Shown: positions 8,313 through 18,015 of the stretch, one piece after another
How positions within the stretch are numbered: position 1 is the stretch's first letter
How the letters are laid out: each line of letters starts with the position of its first letter
Origin: an uncultured virus (IMG/VR IMGVR_UViG_3300018494_004239)
Taxonomy: Duplodnaviria > Heunggongvirae > Uroviricota > Caudoviricetes
DNA: 20,000 nucleotides
IMG/VR virus record: IMGVR_UViG_3300018494_004239
Direction: 5' to 3' (one strand)
The notes under the pieces: model-generated
Database searches by the model: none
The model's input: the letters and a program-made list of their open reading frames with translations, nothing else
Told to the model about the DNA's origin: nothing
Position numbers and translations under genes: made by a program

Positions 8313-8915
8313 ATGAAGTTTAGAAATGGTTTTGTAACGAATAGTTCAAGTTCTTCTTTCATCGTTTCTATCAAGATTGAAACAGTAGATGGTAGGGAAA
8401 TTTCTTTCTATGGAAATGGCGGAACACCAGAATGTGGTCGCATTGACTATTTCGAATGTGATGCTGGTATCACGGCAAGTCCTAAAAAGATGGGAAAGGC
8501 AAAAGATGTTGAAGAACTTATTGCAATCCTTACAGAAGGTGTTATTGACTGTAATGAATGGTGCGATGAAAGTCAACATATTAAGATTTTTGAGAAATCT
8601 AATCCTGTTGAATGCGAAACATGGGACGAAGATGGCGAGAGCGAAGGCGTTACATTTGATGCTTATGATTTTGTAAAAGAAATCAGAGAAAAAGTAAAAT
8701 CTATGGACGATATCGCAAAGATTTTTGTATCTGGCGAAGAGGAAAATTATCGTACATATACACAGGAATATACCTATGACAGGGTAAATGATAAATACAC
8801 TGGTTATGTTTTTGGTTGCGAGTTTGAAAAGGATGGTGCAGCTGGCGGTTATGTTTCGATGCCTGACCTTGACGAATGTGAAGTAACTTATGAAGAAGAT
8901 AGCGAGTGGGATTAA
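8313..8915 (+). CDS. Acidic hypothetical protein with N-terminal GFVTNSSSSSF motif
   Basis: AAGGAG RBS; begins MKFRNGFVTNSSSSSFIV; followed by a terminator. Confidence 0.85.
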   Translation: MKFRNGFVTNSSSSSFIVSIKIETVDGREISFYGNGGTPECGRIDYFECDAGITASPKKMGKAKDVEELIAILTEGVIDCNEWCDESQHIKIFEKSNPVECETWDEDGESEGVTFDAYDFVKEIREKVKSMDDIAKIFVSGEEENYRTYTQEYTYDRVNDKYTGYVFGCEFEKDGAAGGYVSMPDLDECEVTYEEDSEWD

Positions 8916-9001
8916 TACGAAAAAATAAGGTCGTTCTTTTTTGAACGACCTTTTCTTGTTGCAAAGTAAAAAACAAATCCGCCCGAAGGCGGATTTCCTC
9001 T

Positions 9002-9078
9002 TGGTCGGGATGACAGGACTCGAACCTGCGGCCTCATGGTCCCAAACCACGCGTTCTTCCAAACTGAACTACATCCCG
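9002..9078 (-). tRNA. tRNA-Pro(UGG)
   Basis: Full cloverleaf CGGGATG...CGTGG-TTTGGGA-CCATG...GGTTCGAGTCC...CATCCCG-ACCA. Own promoter TTGACA-17-TATAAT (9120-9092) and a terminator near 8975-8996. Confidence 0.97.
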
Positions 9079-9190
9079 ATGGAACATTTGTATTATATCA
9101 CATCTTTAAGTATTTGTCAAGTGTTTTTATGAAAATAGTTAAAACTTTTTCCTCCCCGCCACCCCGTGACGGGGAGGATTTGATGTACGA

Positions 9191-9613
9191 TTAGACTTCC
9201 TCTGCCAACTGCTCCTTGATGCGAGCAATGGAATAGTCGTTATGGTCTGCTGCCAGTGCCATACGACGAGCGGCATCTGCAAAGATTGCCTTAACACGGT
9301 CGGAAACTCGCTTGCGGTCCTGATAGTACTGCAGAAGTGCACGGCGCTTTGCATAATACTTACCAGTCTCGAAATCGAAAGCATCAGACTCGTGGCAATG
9401 AGCAACACCACGATAAGTGCCAGCAATCAGCATGGAATTCTGAAGCATTGCACCATCAACGATAAAAGATGCACCAGATGCCTTATTGAGGACATTAAGC
9501 ATCTCTTCTGCAACGATGTCCTTGGGTACATCCAGTACCGCAACTACGACACCCTTCTCTTCGTCCTTATGATAGGTGAAATTCTCCTGCTTCTCGGTAT
9601 CAAACTTATACAT
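9191..9613 (-). CDS. Hypothetical protein
   Basis: 140-aa ORF, AAGGAG RBS, promoter TTGACA-17-TATAAT at 9708-9680. Confidence 0.85.
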   Translation of the reverse strand: MYKFDTEKQENFTYHKDEEKGVVVAVLDVPKDIVAEEMLNVLNKASGASFIVDGAMLQNSMLIAGTYRGVAHCHESDAFDFETGKYYAKRRALLQYYQDRKRVSDRVKAIFADAARRMALAADHNDYSIARIKEQLAEEV

Positions 9614-9792
9614 TTTAATAACTCCTTCTTGAATTAAGATTTTTTCTTTCTCAAACTGTTTCGTTTGATTTGTGGTCTTATTATATCATAGTTGATTCGG
9701 TTTGTCAACTACTTTTTTTCTGAAAATACGAAAAATTTTTGAACTATTTATAAGAAACAAAACACATCCCACGAGGGATGTGTTTTGATTTG

Positions 9793-10386
9793 TTAGATGA
9801 GAATTGCATCCTCATGGAAGATGGTTTGCCCAGCATTTTGCATTACCTGCTCAAAACCGAATTTTCTGCAAAAATCATTTGGAACATTTAACATAAAGTC
9901 TCCGATGTTGAAACAATCGCCATTGTCGGCGAGAACACGCTTGCCATCTTCGGTGGTTACAAATTCTGCACTTGCCTTTTTGATTGCATCTTCCATATCA
10001 AAATTTGCATCCTCGGAGGTTTGACGAAGTAAATACGGAATTACCGTAATGCCATCGGCATTCATATTGGTTGCAAATACATAATGTAGTGCTTTCAAAT
10101 TAGTATCATCGGGTTCTGCAAAGACAGTTCCGTCTTCATAGAACTCAAATTCATTGGCAAGTTCCTTCTTAATGTTTTCTCCGTTGATTTCGTGCAGATG
10201 CTGACGGAAGAACCACGGAGTTTTTAATTCTTCACATTTTGCGATGGCCTTCTGCACATCCTCTCTGTCTGCGAACAGAACAGATGCTGTTTCCTCGATG
10301 AAGGAAAGATAATCGTCGTATGCTTTTTCCTGTGCTTCTTCCGTCAACTCGTAAAAGTTATAAACGGTCATTCTGACTTCTCTCAT
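9793..10386 (-). CDS. Hypothetical protein
   Basis: 197-aa ORF whose start overlaps the upstream stop (TAATG); terminator near 9759-9786. Confidence 0.8.
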   Translation of the reverse strand: MREVRMTVYNFYELTEEAQEKAYDDYLSFIEETASVLFADREDVQKAIAKCEELKTPWFFRQHLHEINGENIKKELANEFEFYEDGTVFAEPDDTNLKALHYVFATNMNADGITVIPYLLRQTSEDANFDMEDAIKKASAEFVTTEDGKRVLADNGDCFNIGDFMLNVPNDFCRKFGFEQVMQNAGQTIFHEDAILI

Positions 10387-11195
10387 TATCCTTCACACTC
10401 CTCATACATTTCGAAAATCTTTTTGATGTGGTTTTTATCCATGCTCTTACCTGCGGTATTGAGCATAAGGAAATATCTCAAAAGTTCTTTCTTGCTGGAC
10501 TTGGAAACCTCTGCAACAGCAATACACTTATCGCAGAACCAGTTCTGGTCTCTTACGGAAAGGTCATTGAAATACTTTCCCTTGTAGGGGAATCGGTTCT
10601 CGTAGTAGTCCAAGATTGCACGCAATCTCTGCTTTCCATCAAGAATTTCATAGAGATATTCGTCGCCGTAATCGTTGTGGACAAAGACGAACTTACCGAT
10701 ATCGATGTTGGAAAAAATGGAATCTACAAGTGCAACCTTGTCTTCCAATGTCCAACAATAATCTCTCTGATATTCGGGGTCCATATCTGTGCCGAAGAAA
10801 TACACATTTCCGAACAGAGAACCCAAACTTCTTTGGGAGAAGGACAGATGGATATTATCGTTCTTGATGAGAGATTCTGTATTGGTGGTCTTGGGACGAA
10901 CATCCATCCACCATGCATATCTCTCTTGTCCATCTTCATAGGTGATAATTTCTTCGTATTTGCCGTTCACATACTGCTTGTTCTTGATTTCGGCAGAATA
11001 CCCCAAGAGGTACAGTTTGCCATCAGCAAGAACTTCCTTGATAAAAACCTTTGCGAGATGACCAATGGCAACTTGGTCACCGACATTGAATCTGTAAGTG
11101 GGTTCGGGAATAAACTTCATTCGAGAAAGCCTATCCTTCAAATTACTTGCGAGAATCTCTTCTCTTGTAGGGGGTGCAGTCTTTTTTCTTGCCAT
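10386..11195 (-). CDS. DUF262 (ParB/Srx-fold, GmrS-like) domain protein with N-terminal extension
   Basis: PEYQRDYCW, LVDSIF, EILDGKQRL and F..LN..GK are the characteristic DUF262 motifs. Confidence 0.85.
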   Translation of the reverse strand: MARKKTAPPTREEILASNLKDRLSRMKFIPEPTYRFNVGDQVAIGHLAKVFIKEVLADGKLYLLGYSAEIKNKQYVNGKYEEIITYEDGQERYAWWMDVRPKTTNTESLIKNDNIHLSFSQRSLGSLFGNVYFFGTDMDPEYQRDYCWTLEDKVALVDSIFSNIDIGKFVFVHNDYGDEYLYEILDGKQRLRAILDYYENRFPYKGKYFNDLSVRDQNWFCDKCIAVAEVSKSSKKELLRYFLMLNTAGKSMDKNHIKKIFEMYEECEG

Positions 11196-11294
11196 AATTA
11201 CTCTCCTTTAATATTTATTAACCTTAATATTCCTCCGAAAATATAAATAAGGTTGTTTTAATATTGTATTATATTGATGGTTTTTTCTCAAGAA

Positions 11295-11519
11295 TTAGTA
11301 GTTTTCAACAATAAACTTGCCTTCTTTAAGTGCTTCCACTGTTTCGTAACCATTGCTGTCTGCAAGAATACCAACCCAATCATCAACTACGATAGGTTCG
11401 ATATATTCGTCTTCGAATGTGATGAGAATTTCATGGTCTGTTTTATTCTCAATAGTTGCGATAAAATCGTAATTTCTTCCTGTTTCCTTCGCCAAAATCA
11501 TTTCATTTTCAAAAATCAT
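11295..11519 (-). CDS. Small acidic hypothetical protein
   Basis: 74-aa ORF with AAAGGA RBS and its own perfect promoter (11579-11551). Confidence 0.75.
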   Translation of the reverse strand: MIFENEMILAKETGRNYDFIATIENKTDHEILITFEDEYIEPIVVDDWVGILADSNGYETVEALKEGKFIVENY

Positions 11520-11550
11520 AATAAAAATCCTTTCCTTGTTTGATATGTTT

Positions 11551-11628
11551 ATTATACCATATTTTTATGGTAATGTCAACTGTTTTTTGCACTTTTGTGT
11601 TGACATTGCGGTGGTTTTGTGGTATAAT
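11551..11628. promoter_or_regulatory. Back-to-back divergent perfect sigma-A promoters
   Basis: Minus TTGACA-17-TATAAT (11579-11551) and plus TTGACA-17-TATAAT (11600-11628), both with extended TG. Confidence 0.85.
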
Positions 11629-11715
11629 AATGGTAGTGGAAAAGAAAGATTTTTTGAAAAGAAAAGTCTTATATGTTAAAATAAAAGAACCAAAATTTTG
11701 AAGGAGGTTTCTCTT

Positions 11716-13674
11716 ATGAAGGAGGATATGATTATCCGACTTAAGGAACTCATCAAACAGGCAAATCATTATAGAGATATGTATTACAACCATAATATAT
11801 CTCTTGTTTCTGATGAAGCATACGATGCTCTTTTTGATGAGATTGTTGAGTTGGAAAAGGAAACGGGTGTTATCCTAAAAAATTCACCTACACAGTCTGT
11901 TGGCTACAAAACTGTCAGCGAATTGCCAAAGTATGTGCATGAAACTCCGTTGCTATCTCTCGATAAGACAAAGTTGGTTGAAGACCTTGTTGCTTTTATG
12001 AATAAGGGCACGACTTATCTTGGCCTTAAATTAGATGGTCTTACTACCGAACTTATCTATGAAAATGGTGAGTTGGTAATGGCATCTACTCGTGGAGATG
12101 GCATTGAAGGTGAAGTCGTTACACATAATGCTTATCATATTGATGGCATTCCTCATAAAATCGGTTATACCGAAAGATTGAGGGTTGTTGGAGAGAGCAT
12201 TATGAGATTGGATGACTTTGAGAAGTACTGCGAGCAGGTCGGCGAAGTTACACCTGTAAGAAATGTCGCTGCGGGTTCAATCCGTCAGTTTTCTTCCGAA
12301 GTTTGTGCACAAAGAAAGTTACTTTTTGTTCCGTTTGCCGTTTTAGACGGTCTTGACCAATACGATTCCAAGGTTGATAAACTCGACCATTTGGTTTCTT
12401 TTGGTTTTGAAAAGAATAATTTGATTGTTTATCCTCAATGTAGCAATCACAGTTATAGTGAAGCGGAAATCCAGAACGGAATTGATTTCCTTGTGGAAAA
12501 GGCAAAAGAACGCCAATGGCCCATTGATGGTTTGGTCCTCGCCTATGATGATGTTGACTATAGCGAAAGTCTTGGGCGAACCGAGCATCATTTCAAAGAT
12601 GGTGTGGCATTTAAGTTTTATGATGAAAAAAAGGAAACTATTTTCCGTGGCATCGAACTAAATCCCACCAGAACTGGAATGGTAAGTTTGACAATCTTGT
12701 TTGATGAGGTTGTCCTTGATGATGCAAAGGTTTCTCGTGCTACGGGGCATAACCTTGATATTATCGAGAAGTTTAAGTTTGGAATTGGAGACAAGATTAC
12801 TGTCTACAAGGCAAATCAAATCATCCCGCAGGTTGCAGAAAATCTGACGAAAAGTGGAACCTATGCTTTGCCTTCGGTGTGTCCTTGCTGCGGTTCTAAA
12901 CTTGTTGCAAAGGCAAAATTGGAAGCACGCTTCCTTTATTGTTCTAACGACCTTTGTTCTGCAAAAATGGTTCGTAGATATAGTCATTTCGCATCTAAAC
13001 CTTGTGCAAATATCGATGGACTTTCCGAATCCACTTTGGAAAAGTTCGTCGAAAAGGGTTGGATTAAGAAAATGTGCGACATTTACAAACTCGAAGACCA
13101 TGCTGCTGAAATTATGGCAATGGAAGGTTTCGGCGAACAATCTTGTAATAATCTTTTGATTGCTATCGAAAAGAGCAGAAAGATTAAACTCGAAAATTAT
13201 CTGACTGGTTTGGGCATTCCTAATGTTGGTAAAAAAACCGCAAAGGATATTTCCAAAGCATTTGGAGGAAATTATCAGAAGTTTATCGATGCTCTCGAAA
13301 ACTATTATGATTTTACAAGAATTGCTGAAATTGGCGACATCATCAATCGTTCTATCCACGAATGGTATCGTGATGCATTCGAGCAGAATTTCATTGAAGG
13401 TCTTTCTGACGAAATGGAATTCGAGGTTGAAGTTGCTATTCAGACTTCTGGTGTATTTAACGGTAAAACATTTGTTGTTACTGGTACACTGCAAAATTAC
13501 ACAAGAGATTCTATCGTTGAAGAAATTGAAAGACTTGGCGGAAAATGCTCGTCTTCTGTTTCTAAAAAGACTGATTATTTGCTTGCTGGAGAAAAGGCAG
13601 GAAGTAAGTTGGAAAAGGCAAAATCTCTTGGTGTTAAAGTAATTACTGAACAAGAATTTGAAGACCTTAAGTAA
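11716..13674 (+). CDS. ligA: NAD-dependent DNA ligase
   Basis: YY...SDEAYD, LLSLDK, KLDG adenylation motif, TRGDG, RNVAAGS, CPCC...C zinc finger, HhH region and C-terminal BRCT. AAGGAGG RBS before ATG 11716. Confidence 0.97.
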   Translation: MKEDMIIRLKELIKQANHYRDMYYNHNISLVSDEAYDALFDEIVELEKETGVILKNSPTQSVGYKTVSELPKYVHETPLLSLDKTKLVEDLVAFMNKGTTYLGLKLDGLTTELIYENGELVMASTRGDGIEGEVVTHNAYHIDGIPHKIGYTERLRVVGESIMRLDDFEKYCEQVGEVTPVRNVAAGSIRQFSSEVCAQRKLLFVPFAVLDGLDQYDSKVDKLDHLVSFGFEKNNLIVYPQCSNHSYSEAEIQNGIDFLVEKAKERQWPIDGLVLAYDDVDYSESLGRTEHHFKDGVAFKFYDEKKETIFRGIELNPTRTGMVSLTILFDEVVLDDAKVSRATGHNLDIIEKFKFGIGDKITVYKANQIIPQVAENLTKSGTYALPSVCPCCGSKLVAKAKLEARFLYCSNDLCSAKMVRRYSHFASKPCANIDGLSESTLEKFVEKGWIKKMCDIYKLEDHAAEIMAMEGFGEQSCNNLLIAIEKSRKIKLENYLTGLGIPNVGKKTAKDISKAFGGNYQKFIDALENYYDFTRIAEIGDIINRSIHEWYRDAFEQNFIEGLSDEMEFEVEVAIQTSGVFNGKTFVVTGTLQNYTRDSIVEEIERLGGKCSSSVSKKTDYLLAGEKAGSKLEKAKSLGVKVITEQEFEDLK

Positions 13675-13782
13675 AAAAGACGACCACTCTCATTTTTGAG
13701 AGTGGTCATTTTTTAATATTTTTTTGATTTTTTTAATATGATTTTTTATAATTATAAAAAATACCCGAAAGGAGCAAAAATA

Positions 13783-14067
13783 ATGGTAGATAAAACTCTT
13801 GTTCTCGGTGTTTCAAAAATTGCCGCAGACAAAATTGACGAGAAATATGGAGATGAAAATCTCGCTGTCGTAATGAAAAACGATGAAGGTAAAAAGACCT
13901 TCATTATCCCAAAAGTAAAAGGCGAAGCAGAGACTGTTGAACTTATGCTTTCGAAAAGAGATTTGAGAGAAATCTCAAAACTCGTAAAAGAGGGAACAGA
14001 TGACGATGGTGTAGAGATTAAACTTCTTGTAATGAGAAAACCACCAATGCCTCCACATGCAGAATAA
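13783..14067 (+). CDS. Hypothetical protein
   Basis: AAAGGAG RBS before ATG 13783; followed by a terminator at about 14070-14104. Confidence 0.75.
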   Translation: MVDKTLVLGVSKIAADKIDEKYGDENLAVVMKNDEGKKTFIIPKVKGEAETVELMLSKRDLREISKLVKEGTDDDGVEIKLLVMRKPPMPPHAE

Positions 14068-14105
14068 ACAAAGAGACCGTGCTGAAGAGCACGGTCTTTC
14101 TTTTG

Positions 14106-15329
14106 TTATTTTATCGGGGTGAATTTTTCAAAAGTCTCAATGTTGCCACCAACAAACAATGCATAATAGAGCGTATTGTTGTCGTTAGAAACACCCAAGA
14201 GCAACTTAATGTTTTGATTGCTATAATTATCTAACGACGGTTGTGGAACAAGTTTGTTGTTGAATAAGATTTTATTTTTACCGAATGTGATATAAAATGG
14301 TTCTGTTGTGTTGTTTTCAGTATCTTTGATTTCAAGCACTTCATAACCTTTACTGTCAATCCAGTCGGAGGTGCAAATACCTTTAAATACTTCACAAACA
14401 CCATCTACATCTTCGCCAAACTTTTTGACAAACTTTTTTCTTTGTTTTTCAAATTCTTTTGTGAATTTATCTACTCTTATATTGTTATGGTTGAAAAACT
14501 GCAACACCATAGAAAGGTCGCTGTTGACAAATGCTTCTTCTTCGTCATCGTACAATTCTGCAATTTCGGTATCGTAGATGAAAAAACGATAGGTATTGTC
14601 GTTAAGAGATTGCCTCATATTTGTGATTTTAAATGGAAGTGTGTTAATTGGTGCATAGGTGAATTCTTCTGCATCAGGGATGTCATCAACAGAATCAATG
14701 CTTTCCATAGGAAGGATAGACGCAAAACCGATATCTTTCTTTTTGGTTTCATAGTTGTGAATAATTCGTTCCCTTACATAAGGTTTGATTTTGTAATAAA
14801 TCTTTTTGCCAAATCTAACGGGAACTTCCATATAATATTCGTATTGTACATCTTTGAACGGGAAAGAAGCGAATGTTCCATCAGGCATCATGTGAATGTG
14901 ATATTGAAGTGTCTCAACCTCCATAATACCAAGCAAAGTACCTTCTAATTTGGAATCAATCAAATGTTGATTGATAGAGTTGCTATTGCTTGCCGCAGAA
15001 AATGCATTTGTATAAGAATTTACACGAGAAGGAGTGTAATTGGACGGATTGCTATGATAACCAGTTGTGCGAGATTGAGAAGCATTCGTTCCAACCGCAT
15101 GAGAAGTGTTTGCACTGGAAGCAGAACTATAACCATAAGCATAACTTTGCTGTGCCGATGCGGAAGCATATGCATTTTGTATATTCGCAGGTGTATTCGC
15201 CAGAGCGGATGCATTCTGCAATACAGAATTGTCGTCAACATTGTTTTTATATTCAATTAAAATTTCGTCTTTGCTGTTTTTGAACATTTTGTCATAAAAA
15301 CCTTTAAACATTTCGTATGCAGAAATCAC
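14106..15329 (-). CDS. Hypothetical protein with N-terminal Ser/Ala/Asn low-complexity region
   Basis: 407-aa ORF directly downstream of the Nudix gene; AGGAG RBS before a GTG start. Confidence 0.8.
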   Translation of the reverse strand: MISAYEMFKGFYDKMFKNSKDEILIEYKNNVDDNSVLQNASALANTPANIQNAYASASAQQSYAYGYSSASSANTSHAVGTNASQSRTTGYHSNPSNYTPSRVNSYTNAFSAASNSNSINQHLIDSKLEGTLLGIMEVETLQYHIHMMPDGTFASFPFKDVQYEYYMEVPVRFGKKIYYKIKPYVRERIIHNYETKKKDIGFASILPMESIDSVDDIPDAEEFTYAPINTLPFKITNMRQSLNDNTYRFFIYDTEIAELYDDEEEAFVNSDLSMVLQFFNHNNIRVDKFTKEFEKQRKKFVKKFGEDVDGVCEVFKGICTSDWIDSKGYEVLEIKDTENNTTEPFYITFGKNKILFNNKLVPQPSLDNYSNQNIKLLLGVSNDNNTLYYALFVGGNIETFEKFTPIK

Positions 15330-15334
15330 TTATC

Positions 15335-15931
15335 TCACTCCTTTATACTTTTAATATATTCTTTGAACAAACCAGAACCAAATAGACTTAATATTACCTG
15401 TGTTCTTGCGGTGCATTCTGGTGAATTAGAAACTATTTTTGCTTCTTCTATTGTTAACCAAACAGGTTCAATTTCTTCCATTTCATCTGTGCTCGGAACA
15501 AAATCTCCATCTTCTACGGTGCAATATACAACGGCGGTTCGTTCGTTGCAAACACCAATTGCACTATATGCTGGTACAAAAGATTTAAGAATTTCTTTAA
15601 TTTTGAGACCTGTTTCTTCAAATAATTCTCGTTTTGCGGATACTACAATATCCTCATCTTTTTCTACAATTCCAGCGGGAAAGTTGAATACTTTGGAATT
15701 GACTGAAAGGCGAAACTCCATATTTACACAAATTGCACTAAAATCTTCTTTGACAGGGATAATAACTACTGCATTAATATTGTTTGTGTTTGGCACATTT
15801 TCTATACAAAGATTTTTATCGTGACTGACAATTTCGTAAATCTTTTTGTTGCCTTTTTTAGTTGTATATTCAAGGTCGTATCTATTAACAAAAGACCCAT
15901 TGTGTATTTTTGTAATTTTATCTAATTGCAT
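15335..15931 (-). CDS. Nudix hydrolase (ADP-ribose pyrophosphatase-like)
   Basis: Nudix box G-IVEKD-E-DIVVSAK-RELFEETGL; GGAGG RBS. Confidence 0.92.
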   Translation of the reverse strand: MQLDKITKIHNGSFVNRYDLEYTTKKGNKKIYEIVSHDKNLCIENVPNTNNINAVVIIPVKEDFSAICVNMEFRLSVNSKVFNFPAGIVEKDEDIVVSAKRELFEETGLKIKEILKSFVPAYSAIGVCNERTAVVYCTVEDGDFVPSTDEMEEIEPVWLTIEEAKIVSNSPECTARTQVILSLFGSGLFKEYIKSIKE

Positions 15932-15953
15932 TGTTATCTACCTCCGCATCATT

Positions 15954-16032
15954 ATTATATCACAAAAAATTTTTAATGTCAACCGATTTTTTGAAAATAA
16001 GTGTTGCATTATTGCTTGAGTTATGGTATAAT
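15954..16032. promoter_or_regulatory. Back-to-back divergent sigma-A promoters
   Basis: Minus TTGACA-17-TATAAT (15982-15954); plus TTGCAT-17-TATAAT (16004-16032). Confidence 0.8.
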
Positions 16033-16065
16033 GAGAGTACAAAAATAGATGGAGGTTGACATACT

Positions 16066-16473
16066 ATGGAAAATGGAAAAGAAAAAGTAGCGGTTGTAAT
16101 CCCGATTAATACAAAACCTGTGGCATCCAATGTTCTCGCTGGCAATCTTGCTTGTGGGCGTCCTGTCGGACTTGAAGTTCGAGTTGAATCTGGTGCTCGT
16201 AAAGCAGAAAATGAGGAAAACATTTATCTTGTAGATACCATTGTACATTGTGGGGCAGACGAAGTTGGTTTTCATGTAAGTGTTGCTGTTCAATCAAGGG
16301 TTTTTGCTCTCGGAGAAGAACAGACTATTTACGAAACAATGAAAAATTCTGTTCGTGACATTTCTTTCCAAATGGCAGAGGATATGATTTTTAAGTTAAG
16401 TGCTATTCACGGCACACCTGTTAAAATCGAACTTCTGAAACATATTCAGGAACAAGAGAACAGTGAGCAATAA
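16066..16473 (+). CDS. Hypothetical protein
   Basis: 135-aa ORF, GGAGG RBS, terminator AATCGGCATC-gttt-GATGCCGATT downstream. Confidence 0.8.
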   Translation: MENGKEKVAVVIPINTKPVASNVLAGNLACGRPVGLEVRVESGARKAENEENIYLVDTIVHCGADEVGFHVSVAVQSRVFALGEEQTIYETMKNSVRDISFQMAEDMIFKLSAIHGTPVKIELLKHIQEQENSEQ

Positions 16474-16560
16474 CATAATCGGCATCGTTTGATGCCGATT
16501 TTTTGCATTTTGTGAAAAAATAGTATATGATTATTTGGAAAAAATAAAGGAGTTGAAGTA

Positions 16561-17973
16561 ATGCGAAAAACAAAAATAGTTTGCACAATTGGTCCTGCAA
16601 GCGATAGTGTTGAAATGTTGAGAAAATTGATGAAAAATGGTATGAATGTTGCCAGACTTAATTTTTCTCACGGTACACACGAAAGTCATCAAAAAACGAT
16701 TGATAATTTCAAAAAGGCACGAGAAATGGTTGGCGTGCCATGTGCTTTATTGCTTGATACAAAAGGTCCAGAAATCAGAATTGGTAAATTCGAGAGTGAC
16801 GAAGGCATTGAGTTATATGCGGGAAATACTTTTTCCTTAACAACAGAAAATATTATCGGGGATGACCGTATTGTCAGTGTAACATATCCCGAACTACATA
16901 CTCAAATTAAAAAAGGGCAAAAAGTTTTAATTGATGACGGTCGTATTGAACTTATCGTTAAATATATTAAAGACAGGGAAATTGTTTGCGATGTTATTGT
17001 TGGTGGAAAGTTAACAAACAACAAGGGCATCAATCTTCCTAAATGTCATATTGAAATGGAATATTTGAGCGAAAAAGATAAAGCAGATATTTTATTTGGC
17101 ATCCAAAACGATATCGATTTTGTCGCCGCATCGTTTGTCCGTAATGTTGATGATGTTATAAAAATAAGAAGATTTTTAGACATTAATGGTGGTAAAAATA
17201 TCAGAATTATTTCCAAAATTGAAAATCTTGAAGGTGTAGAAAACTATGACGAGATTCTTGAAGTATCGGGTGGTATTATGGTTGCTCGTGGGGATATGGG
17301 TGTTGAAGTGGAATATGAAAAAATTCCTGGTATTCAAAAGAATTTTATCAGAAAATGCAGATGTAGTGGTAAGATGGTTATTACTGCAACACAGATGCTC
17401 GAAAGCATGACAGAAAAAACTATGCCAACGAGAGCAGAAATTACAGATGTTGCAAATGCCGTTTTTGATGGTACATCGGCAGTTATGCTATCTGGCGAAA
17501 CCGCCATGGGCAAACATCCAGTACTCGTTGTTCAGACAATGGATAAAATTGTCCGTCAAGCAGAAAAAGATAATGAGGAAATGAAAGAGTTTGTCTATGA
17601 AGTGTCGGAATTTGATAAGACAAATGCAATTTGCGATGCTGCTTGTACTACTGCGAAAGATATTGGCGCTGATGCTATTGTTGCGGTTACTCTTTCTGGT
17701 GAAACTGCAAGACTTGTATCAAAATTCAGACCAAAAGAAATGATTATTGCTGCAACACCTTCTATTAAAACTTATCACCAGTTGGCATTATCTTGGGGTG
17801 TTTGTCCAATTCTTACATCAAAGCAAACATCTGAAAGCACACTTATTGATGATGCTATTTATAGAGCAAAATCTGAAAATATCCTAAAACAGGGAGACAT
17901 TGTAGTTGTTACGGCAGGAGTACCGCTCGATATTTCTGGAACTACAAACTTGTTAAGAATTGTCAATGTATAA
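16561..17973 (+). CDS. pyk: Pyruvate kinase
   Basis: RKTKIVCTIGP, ARLNFSHG, DTKGPEIR, IISKIEN, MVARGDMGVE, ATQMLESM and AVMLSGETA motifs. Confidence 0.98.
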   Translation: MRKTKIVCTIGPASDSVEMLRKLMKNGMNVARLNFSHGTHESHQKTIDNFKKAREMVGVPCALLLDTKGPEIRIGKFESDEGIELYAGNTFSLTTENIIGDDRIVSVTYPELHTQIKKGQKVLIDDGRIELIVKYIKDREIVCDVIVGGKLTNNKGINLPKCHIEMEYLSEKDKADILFGIQNDIDFVAASFVRNVDDVIKIRRFLDINGGKNIRIISKIENLEGVENYDEILEVSGGIMVARGDMGVEVEYEKIPGIQKNFIRKCRCSGKMVITATQMLESMTEKTMPTRAEITDVANAVFDGTSAVMLSGETAMGKHPVLVVQTMDKIVRQAEKDNEEMKEFVYEVSEFDKTNAICDAACTTAKDIGADAIVAVTLSGETARLVSKFRPKEMIIAATPSIKTYHQLALSWGVCPILTSKQTSESTLIDDAIYRAKSENILKQGDIVVVTAGVPLDISGTTNLLRIVNV

Positions 17974-17978
17974 TATAG

Positions 17979-18015
17979 AAAAAAGTCCGTTGAATAATCA
18001 ACGGACTTTTCTTTT
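17979..18015. terminator. Bidirectional terminator shared by pyk and the convergent RNA operon
   Basis: AAAAGTCCGTTGA-ataa-TCAACGGACTTTT. Confidence 0.9.
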
